Assembly: GCA_965287045.1 (NCBI GenBank)
Contig: OZ336878.1
Coordinates: forward strand, 21,080,001 to 21,144,000
Length of the DNA stretch: 64,000 nucleotides
Direction: 5' to 3'
DNA from: Carcharhinus amblyrhynchos
Taxonomy: Eukaryota
In this document: in pieces, positions 63,434-64,000 of the stretch
How the letters are laid out: each line of letters begins with the position of its first letter
Position numbering within the stretch: the first letter of the stretch is position 1
Program-made: the position numbers and the translations under genes
Notes under the pieces: generated by a model
Databases searched by the model: none
Seen by the model: the letters and a program-made list of their open reading frames with translations, nothing else
Told to the model about the DNA's origin: nothing

Positions 63434-64000
63434 GTCAAGGGCTGACACTCTCACCTCACCTCTGGAATTAAGCTCTTTTGTCCACATTTGAACCAAGGCC
63501 TTGCAATGAGGTCAGGAACTGAGTGAACCTGGCAAAATCCAAACTGAGCATCAATGGGCAGGTTACTGTTAATCAAGTGCTGACTAATAGCATTGTTGAT
63601 GACCCATTCAACACTTTAATGATGATCGAAGTTGACTGCTGCTGCAAAAATTGGCCAGGTTGGATTTGCCCTGCTTTTTGTGTACAGGACATACGTGGGC
63701 AATTTTCCACATTATCGGGTAGATGCCAGTGTTGTACTGAAACAGCTTGGTTGACAGTGCAGCAATCCTGGAACACAAGTCTTCAGTACTACTGCCAGAA
63801 TGATGCCAGGGCCCATAGTCTTTGCAGCATCCAGTTCCATTGGCCGCTTCTTGATATCACGTGGAATGAATAGAATTGGCTGAAAACTGGCATCTGTAAT
63901 GCTGGGAGGCTGTGATGGATTCTCCACTCAGCACTTCTGGCTGAAGATTATTGTGAATACCTCAGCCTTACTTTTTTGCATTATATGCTGGGCTCCTATT
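63434..64000 (-). mobile_element. Second CR1-group family, RT N-terminal region (runs off the window)
   Basis: 'ILFIPRDIKKRPMELDAAKTMGPGII..VLKTC'; homologous to 12020-12870. Confidence 0.75.

Overview
Eukaryotic, repeat-dense, apparently intronic or intergenic DNA from a cartilaginous fish (shark). The assignment rests on HE1-type V-SINEs, a DeuSINE remnant and shark-type CR1, Rex1/Babar and Penelope elements, all recognised by eye without a database search. No host protein-coding exon, RNA gene or CRISPR array can be supported, and every recognisable ORF is a transposon fragment (CR1 RT, Rex/Babar C-terminus, Penelope GIY-YIG, Gypsy gag/protease). A large share of the window is nested TEs. 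Best observations: (1) one V-SINE head carries two different 3' tails, one CR1-type and one matching the Rex1/Babar 3' stem-loop; (2) 86-128 bp Penelope-derived mini-insertions with 13-15 bp TSDs, several starting at a decayed hammerhead core; (3) several fold-back or inverted-duplication structures; (4) very young CR1 copies; (5) RFX X-box clusters and a CpG-retaining, TE-free enhancer candidate. I do not see firm evidence of a wholly new system. Boundaries of old repeats are approximate.
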